Of a stretch of 64,000 nucleotides of DNA, positions 52,680 to 64,000 are shown one piece after another; the stretch's first letter is position 1, and every line of letters begins with the position of its first letter. This stretch comes from Octopus vulgaris (lineage: Eukaryota). The stretch covers positions 116,994,001 through 117,058,000 of the forward strand of contig OX597823.1 of assembly GCA_951406725.2 (NCBI GenBank). Reading direction: 5' to 3'. The notes under the pieces are model-generated. The model ran no database searches and was not told the DNA's origin. It saw only the letters and a program-made list of their open reading frames with translations. The position numbers were made by a program, and so were the translations under genes.

Positions 52680-52859
52680 ATTAAGTCAATTAAAAATATT
52701 TAAAGATACAGGAAACACATAAAATATGTGTAAATGAAGAATATTTTATTGGTTGTTATTGTGTTTTTCCCAGATCAGTTTTTATTGGGCAAGATTTAAG
52801 GTATTCCAGCCATGACTATTACACCTATTTTTAGATATATAGTGTGGTGTGACATTGGT

Positions 52860-53150
52860 ACTGAAAGATGTAAGGATATTTCCACTGGATGTACTATGTT
52901 AGGCATGAATGACATGGTATAGTAGAGCTGTGAAATCTAAAATGTAAGATTAATCCAGTGTAGTGTACAAAACTAAAGACTCCATTAGCATGAGCATATC
53001 ATGTATATGGAGAGCAGCAGAAAGAAAAGGAAATTCCAGGATATCAAAGGGAACAAAAATTGTGGAAGAGCAAGACCAAAGAAAACACAGGAATAAGTGA
53101 TAAAAGCTGCTCTCATAAAACGGACAAGAAATTTCGAAAAATTGGAAGGA
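52860..53150 (+). pseudogene. RTE LINE 3' fragment
   Basis: RLH*HEHIMYME..CGRARPKKT matches RL.W.GH..RM..GRGRP.KTW. Confidence 0.6.
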
Positions 53151-53351
53151 ACAAAGATGTTAGTGTGATGCATAATATTTATCTGCCCTAACATTTTGGG
53201 ACTATAAGCCTGATACATAACATGTCCTGATCCTATTGATACTCTAGGGAGTAAAACATGTTCAAGTAAATAGTAGAGAGTATTTAGTCACCGATTCTCT
53301 TGGATCTGAAATTCTACTACTTTAATTTAATTTAGACTAGTATAGACATAT

Positions 53352-53620
53352 ATATGTGGAGGCACGTGGCTTAGTGGTTAGGGTGTCAGCATCATGATCG
53401 TAAGATTGTGGTTTCGATTCCTGGACCAGGCGACGTGTTGTGTTCTTGAGCAAAACACTTCATTTCACGTTACTCCAGTCCACTTTGCTGGCAAAAATGA
53501 GTAACGCTGCAATGGACTGGTGTCCCATCCAGCTGGGGAACACATACGCCATGGAAACTGGGAAACCGGGCCCATGAGCCTGGCTAGGCTTTAAAAGGGC
53601 GCATTTATTATTTATTTATT
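53352..53620 (+). mobile_element. tRNA-derived SINE (family C) with TSD
   Basis: tRNA-like head, (TTTA) tail, TSD tatagacatat at 53341 and 53621. Confidence 0.88.
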
Positions 53621-53818
53621 TATAGACATATGGTCACAAATTTGGCAGAGGGAAGGGCATTCTTAGCAAGTTATATTGATCCAATTATTTAGCTGGTATT
53701 TTATCAACTTCAGAAGGAGAAAAATCAAAACAATCCAGTCATGATTTGAAGTCAGAACGTAAAGATCAGTGATACTTCAAAAATCACTTCCGCCGATCCA
53801 TAGCCCTAATTTAGATTA

Positions 53819-54340
53819 CTGTAAATCTTCGAGTATAGTCCGCCTTTGAGTATAATACACAGGGGATTTTTAGGGGGCTGTACCTCTGAAAAACCTAAAC
53901 CTTGTGTATAATTCGTACTCCTTCTCTAACTTGAGTCGTGTGTAATTAATCCAGCACCACCTAGTCGAACAAACACTTCCATGCATTCGTAATACAATAA
54001 TGGTAATGTTCTTAACTGTTATATGGGAATGTAAATATGTTTGCAAATTGTTTTTGTTACATGTTATTCTGTGTTCTGGATACTTTTATTTTAATAAATG
54101 TTGCTTACTGCAAGGTATGGATGATTCTTTTAAGACTTCATTACTTTCAGGATTAGCTTAAGGTATTTTCGCGCCCGACATCACAAAATGTGTCTGAATA
54201 AACATTGCCGGACAGCAAATGGAGACTCAGACATTGCTTAGAAAATATTTTTCACTTTTAACCTCATATATAATATGCACTAGGGATTTTGACCTTTAAA
54301 TTTTGGGGAAAAAATGTGGATTTTACTTGAGGATTTACGG
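53819..54340. mobile_element. 522-bp Tc2/pogo-type MITE
   Basis: TA TSD; TIR C(C/T)GTAAATC(C/T)TC(G/A)AGTA; second copy at 57395-57916. Confidence 0.88.
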
Positions 54341-54632
54341 TATCATAAAAAGAAAAAGGAAAAAGACTAACACTAATAACAGAAGATTCTGACTATAATT
54401 ATGGTCATTATGAGATGCCAATGAAAGAACCTCTTTGAAATTTCTCAATTTGCCAGAAACAGAAGCTAAATCCCCATCACATTAGATACTACCATTAAAT
54501 TCAACTACACTGTACTCAAAGAAAAGATGAGATGTTTACAGCTGAAATGTCTTTGATAAAAGGTCTGTCTGTCTGTCTGTCTGGGTCAAATGACAACAAC
54601 ACCAATTATAAACTATCACTTCAGTATATTAA

Positions 54633-55018
54633 CTCTTTTGATAGCAACACACCTGAGACCACCTGTGATTCTGAGGAAGACAAGCCTATTTTAACCCTTT
54701 AAAATTCAAATTATTCTGTCAAAAGTATTGCTTATCTATTCCCATGGTTTTGAATTAATCCTGCAATGCCTAATATCTTTAGGATTTTGATGATGTGACT
54801 GTTTATTTTTAGAATGTCATTAGAGGGTAGCTATGAGAGGCCAAATCTGACTGGTTTGGGCTAAATGATTAAAGTGATCTAAATTAAAACTTTACTCAAA
54901 ATTTCATGCTAATTTATGGTCTAAACACCCCCCTTGATTATGAGAAAATTATTTCACTGAGTTCTTCATTATATTTCAAACTAACTGAAGCAAGAGCAGT
55001 TTGTGGTAACAAAAGAAT
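54633..55018. mobile_element. Old piggyBac-like MITE with a second TTAA-flanked MITE nested at 54695-54868
   Basis: Outer element resembles the reverse complement of 42043-42263; inner one is bounded by TTAA at 54691 and 54869. Confidence 0.55.
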
Positions 55019-55059
55019 GAAATTGTAAGTTAACATTAGAAATACATTGATATTGATGG

Positions 55060-55328
55060 AATATGTGGAGGCACGTGGCTTAGTGGTTCGGGTGTCAGCA
55101 TCGTGATTCTAAGATTGTGGTTTCGATTCCTGGACTGGGTGATGCGTTGTGCTCTTGAGCAAAACACTTCATTTCACGTTGCTCCAGTCCACTCAGCTGG
55201 CAAAAATGAGTAACGCTGCGATGGACTGGCGTCCATTCCAGCTGGGGGACACATACACCATAGAAACCGGAAAACTGGGCCCATGAGCCTGGCTAGGCTT
55301 TAAAAGGGCACATTTATTTTTATTTTAT
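55060..55328 (+). mobile_element. tRNA-derived SINE (family C) with TSD
   Basis: Close to 53352-53620; TSD tattgatgg at 55051 and 55329. Confidence 0.88.
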
Positions 55329-55688
55329 TATTGATGGCATGTATTCTCAAAATATACAGACTTACACATACATAAATATAGATACACACACGTACAGAGG
55401 AAAGCGGAGGTCTTACACAAGTAGATAATTATTACTATCATAAAGAAAGTAGTGTTTAGAATAGAACATGTGAGGAGTGTCAGTAAAGCTGACCCTGACT
55501 TGAAAATGAACTCCAGTCGAGTGGGTCAAACCTAATGTATACACATATTCACAGAAGTGACTGTTTCAAACGAATATAGTCAGGCCACTTAGAATAATAA
55601 AGTACTCAATGCAAGATATTTAAGTCAAGATAGTTCATAAATAACTATGAGTTTGACAAAATATATTTGATCAGGTTCAAATTTTCTG

Positions 55689-55726
<38 letters not shown>

Positions 55727-57142
55727 ATGTATAAAATGCTTTACTACATTTTTTGTGATTTATTTTGTGTATTTATGAAGACAAAGAAATAGTTGGCTGT
55801 GTAATCCAAGTTGCCGCTACCACCACCACCACCATCACTGCTATTACTACCACCTCTACCATCACTGCTATTACTACCACCTCTACCACCTCTACCAGCG
55901 ATGAGTCTGGTCAGTCATTGTTCCAAGTGTAAATACCAAACATTTGCTAATGACACAGCATTAACACAGAAGGCCTACAAACTCTTCTTCATTGACATTG
56001 AGATCATAAGGCTTCACTTTAAACTTTCCCCCATCACTCTCTCTCTCCACACATACACACACTTAGATAAATCCACATGCATATACATAGAACACTCATA
56101 CATGCATGTACATTATACACACACACGCACACACACACACACACACATATATATATCTGTCAATGGTGTTGCTAAGTGATGATCCAGAAGCTACTTAATT
56201 TGAAGTTTGTTATCGGTAGTTTTATGTTGCTGACACTTTCGAAATAATTCCATGAATTAGAGAGGTTTGTCTGTTTGCTGTGTAGTGTTCAGGTAGGTCT
56301 TTCATGTTCTACTCACTTCATTGCATCTCCCTCCTTCTCCATCCTCGTCCTGCTCATCATCATCATCATCATTATTTATTAGTGTTAGAGTTGGTTGACA
56401 CAGCAGAATACTAGACTGTTGGTTTAACGGTGTATCTTGATGATGAAAGCATGTGGCTTGGTGGTCAGGGTATTCAGCTCATGGTCATAGGGTTGTAGGG
56501 TCGTGAGTTCAATTCATGGCAGCACATTGGATCCTTTATTTCACATTGCTCCTGTCCACTCAGCAGGCAAAAATGAGTAGTACTAATATTTCAAAGGGCC
56601 ATCCTTGTCACATTCTGTGTCACACTGAATCTATCTTAGAACTAAATTTAGAGTATATGTGTCCGTGGAGCACGCGGCCACTAGCATGTTAATTTCATGA
56701 GCAGGCTGTTATCATAACTGACAGAGTGCCAGGTCTTGATGGTTCACTAATTCATTTTGTTTGGTTCAAATCCCAATAAAATAAACTTCCCTTTTCATTC
56801 CACCCTGGTACCTGTAACACACTAAAGTCAATTCTATCCACAATCCCTGTTCCCTTACAGAAATTACTTTGAGATTAATGAAACTATCACTATCATCAGG
56901 ATCGTCATTGAACCATCAAGGAAGCTATCTGGCTGCTTGATTTGCTAAAATTAGAAACCAGATCTCCCTAACCTTATATCATACAAAGAAAGAACATGCT
57001 GGGTAAAGATAGTCAAAGACATGCAGCTAATTCTGTTGATCAGATCAAGTGGAACGATCATCTATGTACCAGTTATTCCAGGCCTGCTCAACCATAAATA
57101 TCCTCTCTGGTCTCCTTGGACTTTACCTTTACATATATATAT

Positions 57143-57380
57143 AGGTGTAGGAATGGCTGTGTGGTAAGTAGATTGCTTACAAATCACATGGTTCTGGGTT
57201 CAGTCCCACTGTGTGGCACCTTGGGCAATTGTCTTCTACTATACGGCATCCAGCTGTAGAAATCTTGCCAGAACAGATTGGAGCCTGGTGCAGCCACTTG
57301 GCTTGCCAGTCTTCAGTCAAACCATCCAACCCATACCAGCATGAACAGCAGGCGTTAAATGATTATGATGATGATGATGA
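57143..57380 (+). mobile_element. Chimera: CORE-like SINE head fused to a family D 3' end
   Basis: Junction 'cttctactata|cggcatccagctg' at ~57243. Confidence 0.7.
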
Positions 57381-57394
57381 TCCCTAGTCAAGTA

Positions 57395-57916
57395 CCGTAA
57401 ATCTTCGAGTATAGTCCACCCTTGCATATAATACGCAGAGGATTTTTAGGGGGCTGTACCTCTGAAAAACCAAAGCCTTGTGTATAATACGCACTCCTTC
57501 TCTAACTTGAGTTGTGTGTAATTAAACCAGCAGCACGTAGTCAAACAAACACTTCCGTGCATGCGTAATACAATAATGGTGATGTTCTTAACTGTTATAT
57601 GGGAATGTAAATATGTTTGCAAATTGTTTTTGTTACATGTTATTCTGTGTTCTGGATACTTTTATTTTAATAAATGTTGCTTACTGCAAGTTATGGATGA
57701 TCCCTTTATGACTTCATTGCTTCCAGGCTTACCTTAAGGCATTTTCATGCCCGACATCACAAAATGTGTCTGAATAAACATTGCCAGACAGCAAATAGAG
57801 ACTCGGACATTGCTTAGAAAATATTTTTCCTTTTTAACCTCGTATAAAGTATGCACTAGGGATTTTGACCTTTAAATTTGGGGAAAAATATGCAGATTAT
57901 TTTCGAGAATTTACGG
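57395..57916. mobile_element. 522-bp Tc2/pogo-type MITE (second copy)
   Basis: TA-CCGTAAAT...ATTTACGG-TA. Confidence 0.88.
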
Positions 57917-58109
57917 TATAATTCATTGTTCATGTATTTTCCTCAAAGCTACAAAATCAATATATCCAGTAAGACTTGAACTTGTGATCACATATTTATA
58001 GCCAATGATTTTAACATACCCTCTCTATTCTACTTTTTGTTATTGAAAAATATCTATTTCAGCAATTTATACAAATCTAAAAAACTGAAGTTGGATACAG
58101 AGAAAGAGA

Positions 58110-58603
58110 TAGGCTGTCTCCCTTTAATTTTTAGGCTGTCTCCCTTTATTTTTTAGGCTGTCTCCCTTTATTTTTTTAGGCTGTCTCCCTTTTTTTTTAG
58201 GCTGTCCCCCTTTTTTTAGGCTGTCTCCCTTTATTTTTTTAGGCTGTCCCCCTTTTTTTTAGGCTGTCTCCCTTTTTTTTTTAGGCTGTCTCCCTTTTTT
58301 TTAGGGTGTCTCCCTTTTTTTAGGCTGTCCCCCTTTTTTTTTTAGGCTGTCTCCCTTTTTTTTAGACTGTCCCCCTTTTTTTAGGCTGTCTCCCTTTTTT
58401 TTTAGGCTGTCTCCCTTTTTTTTAGGCTGTCTCCCTTTTTTTAGGCTGTCCCCCTTTTTTTAGGTTGTCTCCCTTTTTTTTAGGCTGTCTCCCTTTTTTT
58501 TAGGCTGTCTCCCTTTATTTTTAGGCTGTCTCCCTTTATTTTTTAGGCTGTCTCCCTTTATTTTTTTAGGCTGTCTCCCTTTTTTTTTTTAGGCTGTCTC
58601 CCC
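58110..58603. repeat. Minisatellite taggctgtctccc(T)n, about 23 units of ~20-24 bp
   Basis: Directly visible. Confidence 0.95.
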
Positions 58604-59088
58604 ATTAAAAAAAATTTTTTTTGAAATCAAGTTTCTAAAATGATAGCTAGGTGAACTGAATCTATACAGTTTACGATATTGATATGGATGCTCAATTGTG
58701 ACAAAATATTGACATAACCTTTAACCTTACAATTAGAAATACAGTTACATTCATATTCAAATAAAATAAATATTTTATAGATTTCTATTTTCAGCTGTGA
58801 ATTATAATTACGTTTTAATTTTTTTATTCCCTCAAAGACTATCTGCCAAATATTCTGCCAGGTTTGAGAATTAATTATTAGAATATAATTTCTAAATTAT
58901 TAGAATATAATTTCTAAATAATCTTCATTTCTCTTTTTTTTTTCCAAGAGACTAAACCAAATCTGAAAAGAGGGAGGTGTATAAATCACAAAATCAACTG
59001 TGTTATTATTATATTTAATAATAATCGAATTATTATTGTTATATTTAATATTATATTATTAATTTTATATTTATTATTATCTTATTTA

Positions 59089-59122
<34 letters not shown>

Positions 59123-59286
59123 TTAACTTGTATTCTAATTAAATACTACCTGGTGTTTGGATATTTTTAATGGGGTCAACCCCATTGGATGTATTGGGGC
59201 CAGGTCTCAGGTCCTCCTTTCCTCCCATCAATCTCAGAGGCCCTGAAAACGTCTTATGGAGGCTACTATTCTTTTTTTCATTAAGC

Positions 59287-59323
<37 letters not shown>

Positions 59324-59484
59324 CGTGCGCGTGCGTGCATGTATATATATATATACACACATACACACACACGTATATGATGAAATGACAAGGGAGAAAA
59401 GCTCCCTACTGTCACAGATATAACCAAATCATCGATGATTTTGCATTTTGATGCTCATTGGTGGCTCTTACCGATATATATTTG

Positions 59485-60078
59485 CACAGGTGTGGCTGTG
59501 TTGTGTGGTTAAGAAACTTGCTTCCTATCCATGTGGTCTCGGGTTCAGTGCCACTGCATGACACCCTGGCAAGTGTCTTCTACAACAGCCTCAAGCTGAC
59601 CAAAGCCTTAGGAGTTGATTTGGTACATGGAAACCAAAAGAAGCAGTGAGCTGGCAGAAACGTTAGCATGCCGGGCGAAATGCGTAGCCGTATTTCATCT
59701 GTCATTACGTTCTGAGTTCAAATTCCGCTGAGTCAACTTTGCCTTTCATCCTTTCGGGGTCGATAAATTAAGGATCAGTTATGCACTGGGGTCGATATAA
59801 TTGACTTAATCCATTTGTCTGTCCTTGTTTGTTCTTTCTGTGTTTAGCCCCTTGTGGGTAGTAAAGAAATAGGTAATTCATCTGCCATTATGTTCCGAGT
59901 TCAAATTCCGCCGAGGTCAACTTTGCCTTTCATCCATTCAGGGTCGATAAATTAAGTACCAGTTATGCACTGGGGGCCGATGTAATTGACTTAGTCCCTT
60001 TGTCTGTCCTTGTTTGTCCCCTCTATGTTTAGCCCCTTGTGGGCAATAAAGAAATAAGGAAACTGAAAGAAGCCCAAG
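59485..60078 (+). mobile_element. CORE-like SINE head with nested Nin/Deu SINE (59644-60057, internally duplicated)
   Basis: Imperfect 15-bp TSD: ggaaaccaaaagaag 59629 / ggaaactgaaagaag 60058. Confidence 0.8.
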
Positions 60079-60190
60079 ATATATATATATATATATAAAA
60101 TATTATTAGAGACAAAACCACTATTTTGCAAAACAAACAAGGAAAGACTTAATCAATACATAAAATTTTAATAAATAGTCAAAAAAACCG

Positions 60191-60233
60191 CCACTACAAT
60201 TGTTTCTTGTCTTGATCGACAATCTTCAGGTGG
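60191..60233 (-). ncRNA. Minimal type I hammerhead ribozyme
   Basis: CCAC-CTGAAGA-TTGTC gatcaa GACAA-GAAA-C aatt G-TA-GTGG. Confidence 0.88.
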
Positions 60234-60846
60234 ACTTCCAATCTAAAATATCAATATTTTAAAATATAAAAATAATAATTTTAAAATAATTAAAGTATGA
60301 ATGAAAAAATATAAATATATAATCCATATATAACATATATATAATCCATATATAATCAATATATAAACAATATATAAACTAAAATAAACCTATCAACAAT
60401 TAAATATAAAATATAAAATATAAAATATAAAATATAAAACAAAAGAAAATAATAATAATATAATAATAAACTATATATACACCCATACACATATACCTAA
60501 TTATATATAACCATATCTAACTACATACACTAAATCACACACCTATATATATATATCCCTATACATACACATAAAAACGTCTAGGCAACTATAAATAAAT
60601 AAAATAGCTAAATACTTCAACACAAAACTTATTCATACTCCCACACACACACACATACAACCCACATTCACGCTCTAGAAAACGGACATCACTTAAAATT
60701 ATGAACGGAGAAATGGAATAAATGGAATTAAAAATTTTATTCACTTGGTAAAACGAACACTACTTAAAAATTATGAATGAAACAATGCAATAAAACAACA
60801 GACATCGCAAATAGACACAAATTACTACGAATTCCTTAACAAACCT

Positions 60847-61526
60847 ACCATGATAAACCAAAACTCATAAAAACATATAATGATAAAATCTCCCTTTACT
60901 AAACTCTATAACATACCTATATAGCAATCCCCCTAACCTAAACATTCACACACAAATACACACACATAAACCACACACCCACGACATATACAAATACCCA
61001 CACCACTTACACATACCTATATATACATATAAACCTCAACATATACTCCAAAAACCCACTCAACCCCACACAGACAAATAAACACAAAAATTATGAATGG
61101 ATTCTTTTATAAAACTACCATGATAAGCTAAAACTCACAAAACATAAATGATAAAACATCCCTTAACTAAACACTATAACATACTTATATAGCAATCCCT
61201 TTAACCTATACATTCACACACAAATACACACACGTAAACCACACACCCATAACAAATACAAACACCCACCCCACTCACACACACCCACAAGTACATATAA
61301 GCCTCAACATATACACCAAACAAAATTACTTTACCAAACCATGATAAGCTAAAACTCACAAAACATAAATGATAAAACATCCCTTAACTAAACACTATAA
61401 CATACTTATATAGCAATCCCTTTAACCTATACATTCACACACAAATACACACACGTAAACCACACACCCATAACAAATACTAACACCCACCCCACTCACA
61501 CACACCCACAAGTACATATAAGCCTC
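60847..61526. repeat. Three ~190-205-bp direct repeats inside the PLE-like spacer
   Basis: Units start 'accatgataa' at ~60847, ~61117 and ~61338. Confidence 0.85.
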
Positions 61527-61839
61527 ATAGGTGTGTGATTTAGTGTATGTAGTTAGATATGGTTATATATAATTAGGTATATGTGTATGGGTGTATATAT
61601 AGTTTATTATTATATTATTATTATTTTCTTTTGTTTTATATTTTATATTTTATATTTTATATTTTATATTTAATTGTTGATAGGTTTATTTTAGTTTATA
61701 TATTGTTTATATATTGATTATATATGGATTATATATATGTTATATATGGATTATATATTTATATTTTTTCATTCATACTTTAATTATTTTAAAATTATTA
61801 TTTTTATATTTTAAAATATTGATATTTTAGATTGGAAGT

Positions 61840-61882
61840 CCACCTGAAGATTGTCGATCAAGACAAGAAACAATTGTAGTGG
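61840..61882 (+). ncRNA. Minimal type I hammerhead ribozyme
   Basis: Stem I CCAC/GTGG; CTGAAGA 61844-61850; 5-bp stem II; GAAA 61867-61870; C-AATT-G; predicted GUA cleavage after 61878. Confidence 0.88.
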
Positions 61883-62057
61883 CGGTTTTTTTGACTATTT
61901 ATTAAAATTTTATGTATTGATTAAGTCTTTCCTTGTTTGTTTTGCAAAATAGTGGTTTTGTCTCTAATAATATTTTATAATATTTTACTATAAAATTGGA
62001 TTTAATCCTAAATCTGATTTTTTCCCTGTAAATTTGGATTTATTCCCTAATATTTAT

Positions 62058-62113
<56 letters not shown>

Positions 62114-62379
62114 TTGCGTGTACCCTTGTCGGGACTTCTCATGATAGTTATAAATGAGCATTGTCATCATTGTCATATGTTTTCAGTCTTCCATAAAAAT
62201 CGTGTCTGGCCATAAGGAAATATTACCTCATTTAGAAACAGGTGAGTATTGATGACAAGAAGGCCATCCTGTCAAAGGAAATCTGCCTCAAAAAATTCCA
62301 ACTGAACCATGCAAGCAGGGAAAAACAGAGATCAAATGACAATGAGGATGATTTACACTCACAGAGCAGAAGTGTCAAG

Positions 62380-62800
62380 ACTGGTCTATCTCGTGGTGTA
62401 AAGTACTTGTGGCAGTGCCATCTAGAAGCACCCATGCAGTGTCACATAAAAGTGCACATGTAGTGACATGTAAAAGTGCCTGTGCAGTGCTACGTAAAAG
62501 CACCATGTCATGCCACATAGAAGCAGCCATGCAGTGCCACGTAGAAAGTGCCTATGCAGGGCTATGTTAAAGCACATGTGTGGTAGCATGTAAAGGCGCC
62601 AGTGTAGAGCCACATACATGCACCAAGCACACACTGTGAAGTGGTTGGTGGTTATGAAGGGCATCCATCTGTAGAAACCATACCAAATCAGACTGGAGGC
62701 TGGTGCATCCTCCCAGCTTGCCAACCCCAGTCGCACCATCCAGCCCATGCCAGCATGAACAACAGACGTCAAATTACGGTGGTGATGATGATGATGATGA
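62380..62800 (+). mobile_element. Family D SINE-like repeat with ~8 internal 'gtgccacgtaaaagc'-like subrepeats
   Basis: 3' end shared with 24895-25420. Confidence 0.7.
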
Positions 62801-62929
62801 TGAGGAGGAGGAGGAGGAGGAGGAGGAGGAGGGGTAAGAGGAGGAGGAAGTGGGGGTGGTGACGATGATGATGCTGAGGATGATGATGATGACAATGACA
62901 CAGAAAGCCAGCTCCAGCATTCACTCTTC

Positions 62930-63450
62930 AGAAGAGGAGAGGTTGCCAAATAAGCCAAACTTGCTATCTTCACTTCAGTTTTTGTGTCTGTCCTCACCAC
63001 TGCTGATAAACATCGGGTAATGACTGAAAGAGTACAATCACAAATACATGTATCAAAAAGCTGGTTACCCCGAAGGAGCTTTAGAGAATGTTACTCAACA
63101 GAGTGCATAGCTCAGAAATCGTGGGTTTTTCTTTAGTTCAAACCATTAATTCTCCACAATGAGAAATTACAGCTCATGTACAGTGCTATGGACATGTGGT
63201 TAGAATATCACAAGAAATAATCACAAGATAGATTCTTCAAGCCAAACCACCTGAAAGGAGATCCATGTAGGGGCAGACTAAAAATGAAGTGATTTAATAA
63301 TATCCATAACCTCAGTTGATCAAGCTTGTGAATCCAGCTTGAAAGTCTTATGATGGTTGCTTCTGACAGGACCCAATGGAAGAGGTACCTGAGGACTGTA
63401 CTCCAATGAACCTCTCAGGAATAGTGAGTGGGTGGGGAAGATGGATGGAG
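62930..63450 (+). pseudogene. RTE (Rex3/Expander-like) LINE 3' fragment
   Basis: KLAIFTSVFVSVLT..VMTERVQSQI resembles KLSIY.SI.VP.LTYG.E.WVMTER.RSRIQ. Confidence 0.65.
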
Positions 63451-63589
63451 GGCTGAAAATTTATACTACCTACAATTCTGTTCAGTGTTCTGCTATTTCT
63501 ACCAACTTAGTATTTTTCATACTAAAAGGGTGATCTTCATCATCATCATCATCATCATTAATTTGTTACTTTAATATTTAGGGTTAGTT

Positions 63590-63810
63590 ATGGTGGGAAG
63601 CTGGCAGAGTCATTAGGATGCTGTGCAAAATGCTTGGCAGCATTTCATCCATTTTCATGTTCTGAGTTCAAATTCGGCCAAGGTCGACATTGCTGTTTTA
63701 TCGTTTCAGGGTCGATAAAATAAATACCATTTGGACACTGGACTTGATGTAATCGACTTAAACTCCCGCCTCCGAAATTGCTGGCCTTGTGCCAAAATTT
63801 GAAAGCAATA
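63590..63810 (+). mobile_element. Nin/Deu-domain SINE
   Basis: Family core. Confidence 0.8.
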
Positions 63811-64000
63811 TTAGGGTTGGACAGTTCTGCAATGCTATACATCTCTAATTGTTTCAGTCCTTAGTCATTTACCTTGTTATATCCATTAACATTTTTCTAG
63901 AACTTCCTTCACCACTTTTTTCTAGATCTTCTTCGGTCTCTCTCTCTCTCGGTCTGCCCAAATGAAACCACCCCACAACAGAATTCCTAAATAACTATTG

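Larger units (their letters stand above)
60096..62062. mobile_element. Penelope-like terminus: inverted ~450-bp arms (60096-60546 / 61527-61979), tail 61980-62062, in (TA)n
   Basis: Arms are essentially identical reverse complements, each with a canonical minimal hammerhead. Confidence 0.85.

Noticed and set aside
58110-58603. CRISPR-like appearance of this and the 27601 and 36939 arrays
   Set aside because: No unique spacers, eukaryotic context and no cas genes.
62422-63000. 192-aa minus-strand ORF
   Set aside because: Built from antisense LINE, trinucleotide repeats and a family D SINE.

Overview
AT-rich animal genomic DNA, saturated with microsatellites, with no confident protein-coding gene. 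Nearly all ORFs in the track are translations of (TA)/(CA)/(TAA)/(CTT) repeats. The SINE families and repeat landscape look like an octopus (coleoid cephalopod) intron or intergenic region; this is recognised from memory, not searched. The window holds many tRNA-derived SINE copies (CORE-like and Nin/Deu-domain types), decayed R4/Dong and RTE LINE fragments, TA- and TTAA-flanked MITEs, a decayed Tc1/mariner transposase and several minisatellites. Main signal: six mutually unrelated insertions, five of them inside (TA)n tracts, share one architecture, an asymmetric inverted repeat in which only one arm carries an extra ~65-93 nt tail. Several carry well-formed type I hammerhead ribozyme folds. 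Decayed GIY-YIG endonuclease sequence lies inside one of them and beside a separate ribozyme-bearing insertion, pointing to Penelope-like retroelement termini. Second signal: a 28S rRNA fragment fused to a full SINE inside a single 13-bp target-site duplication.
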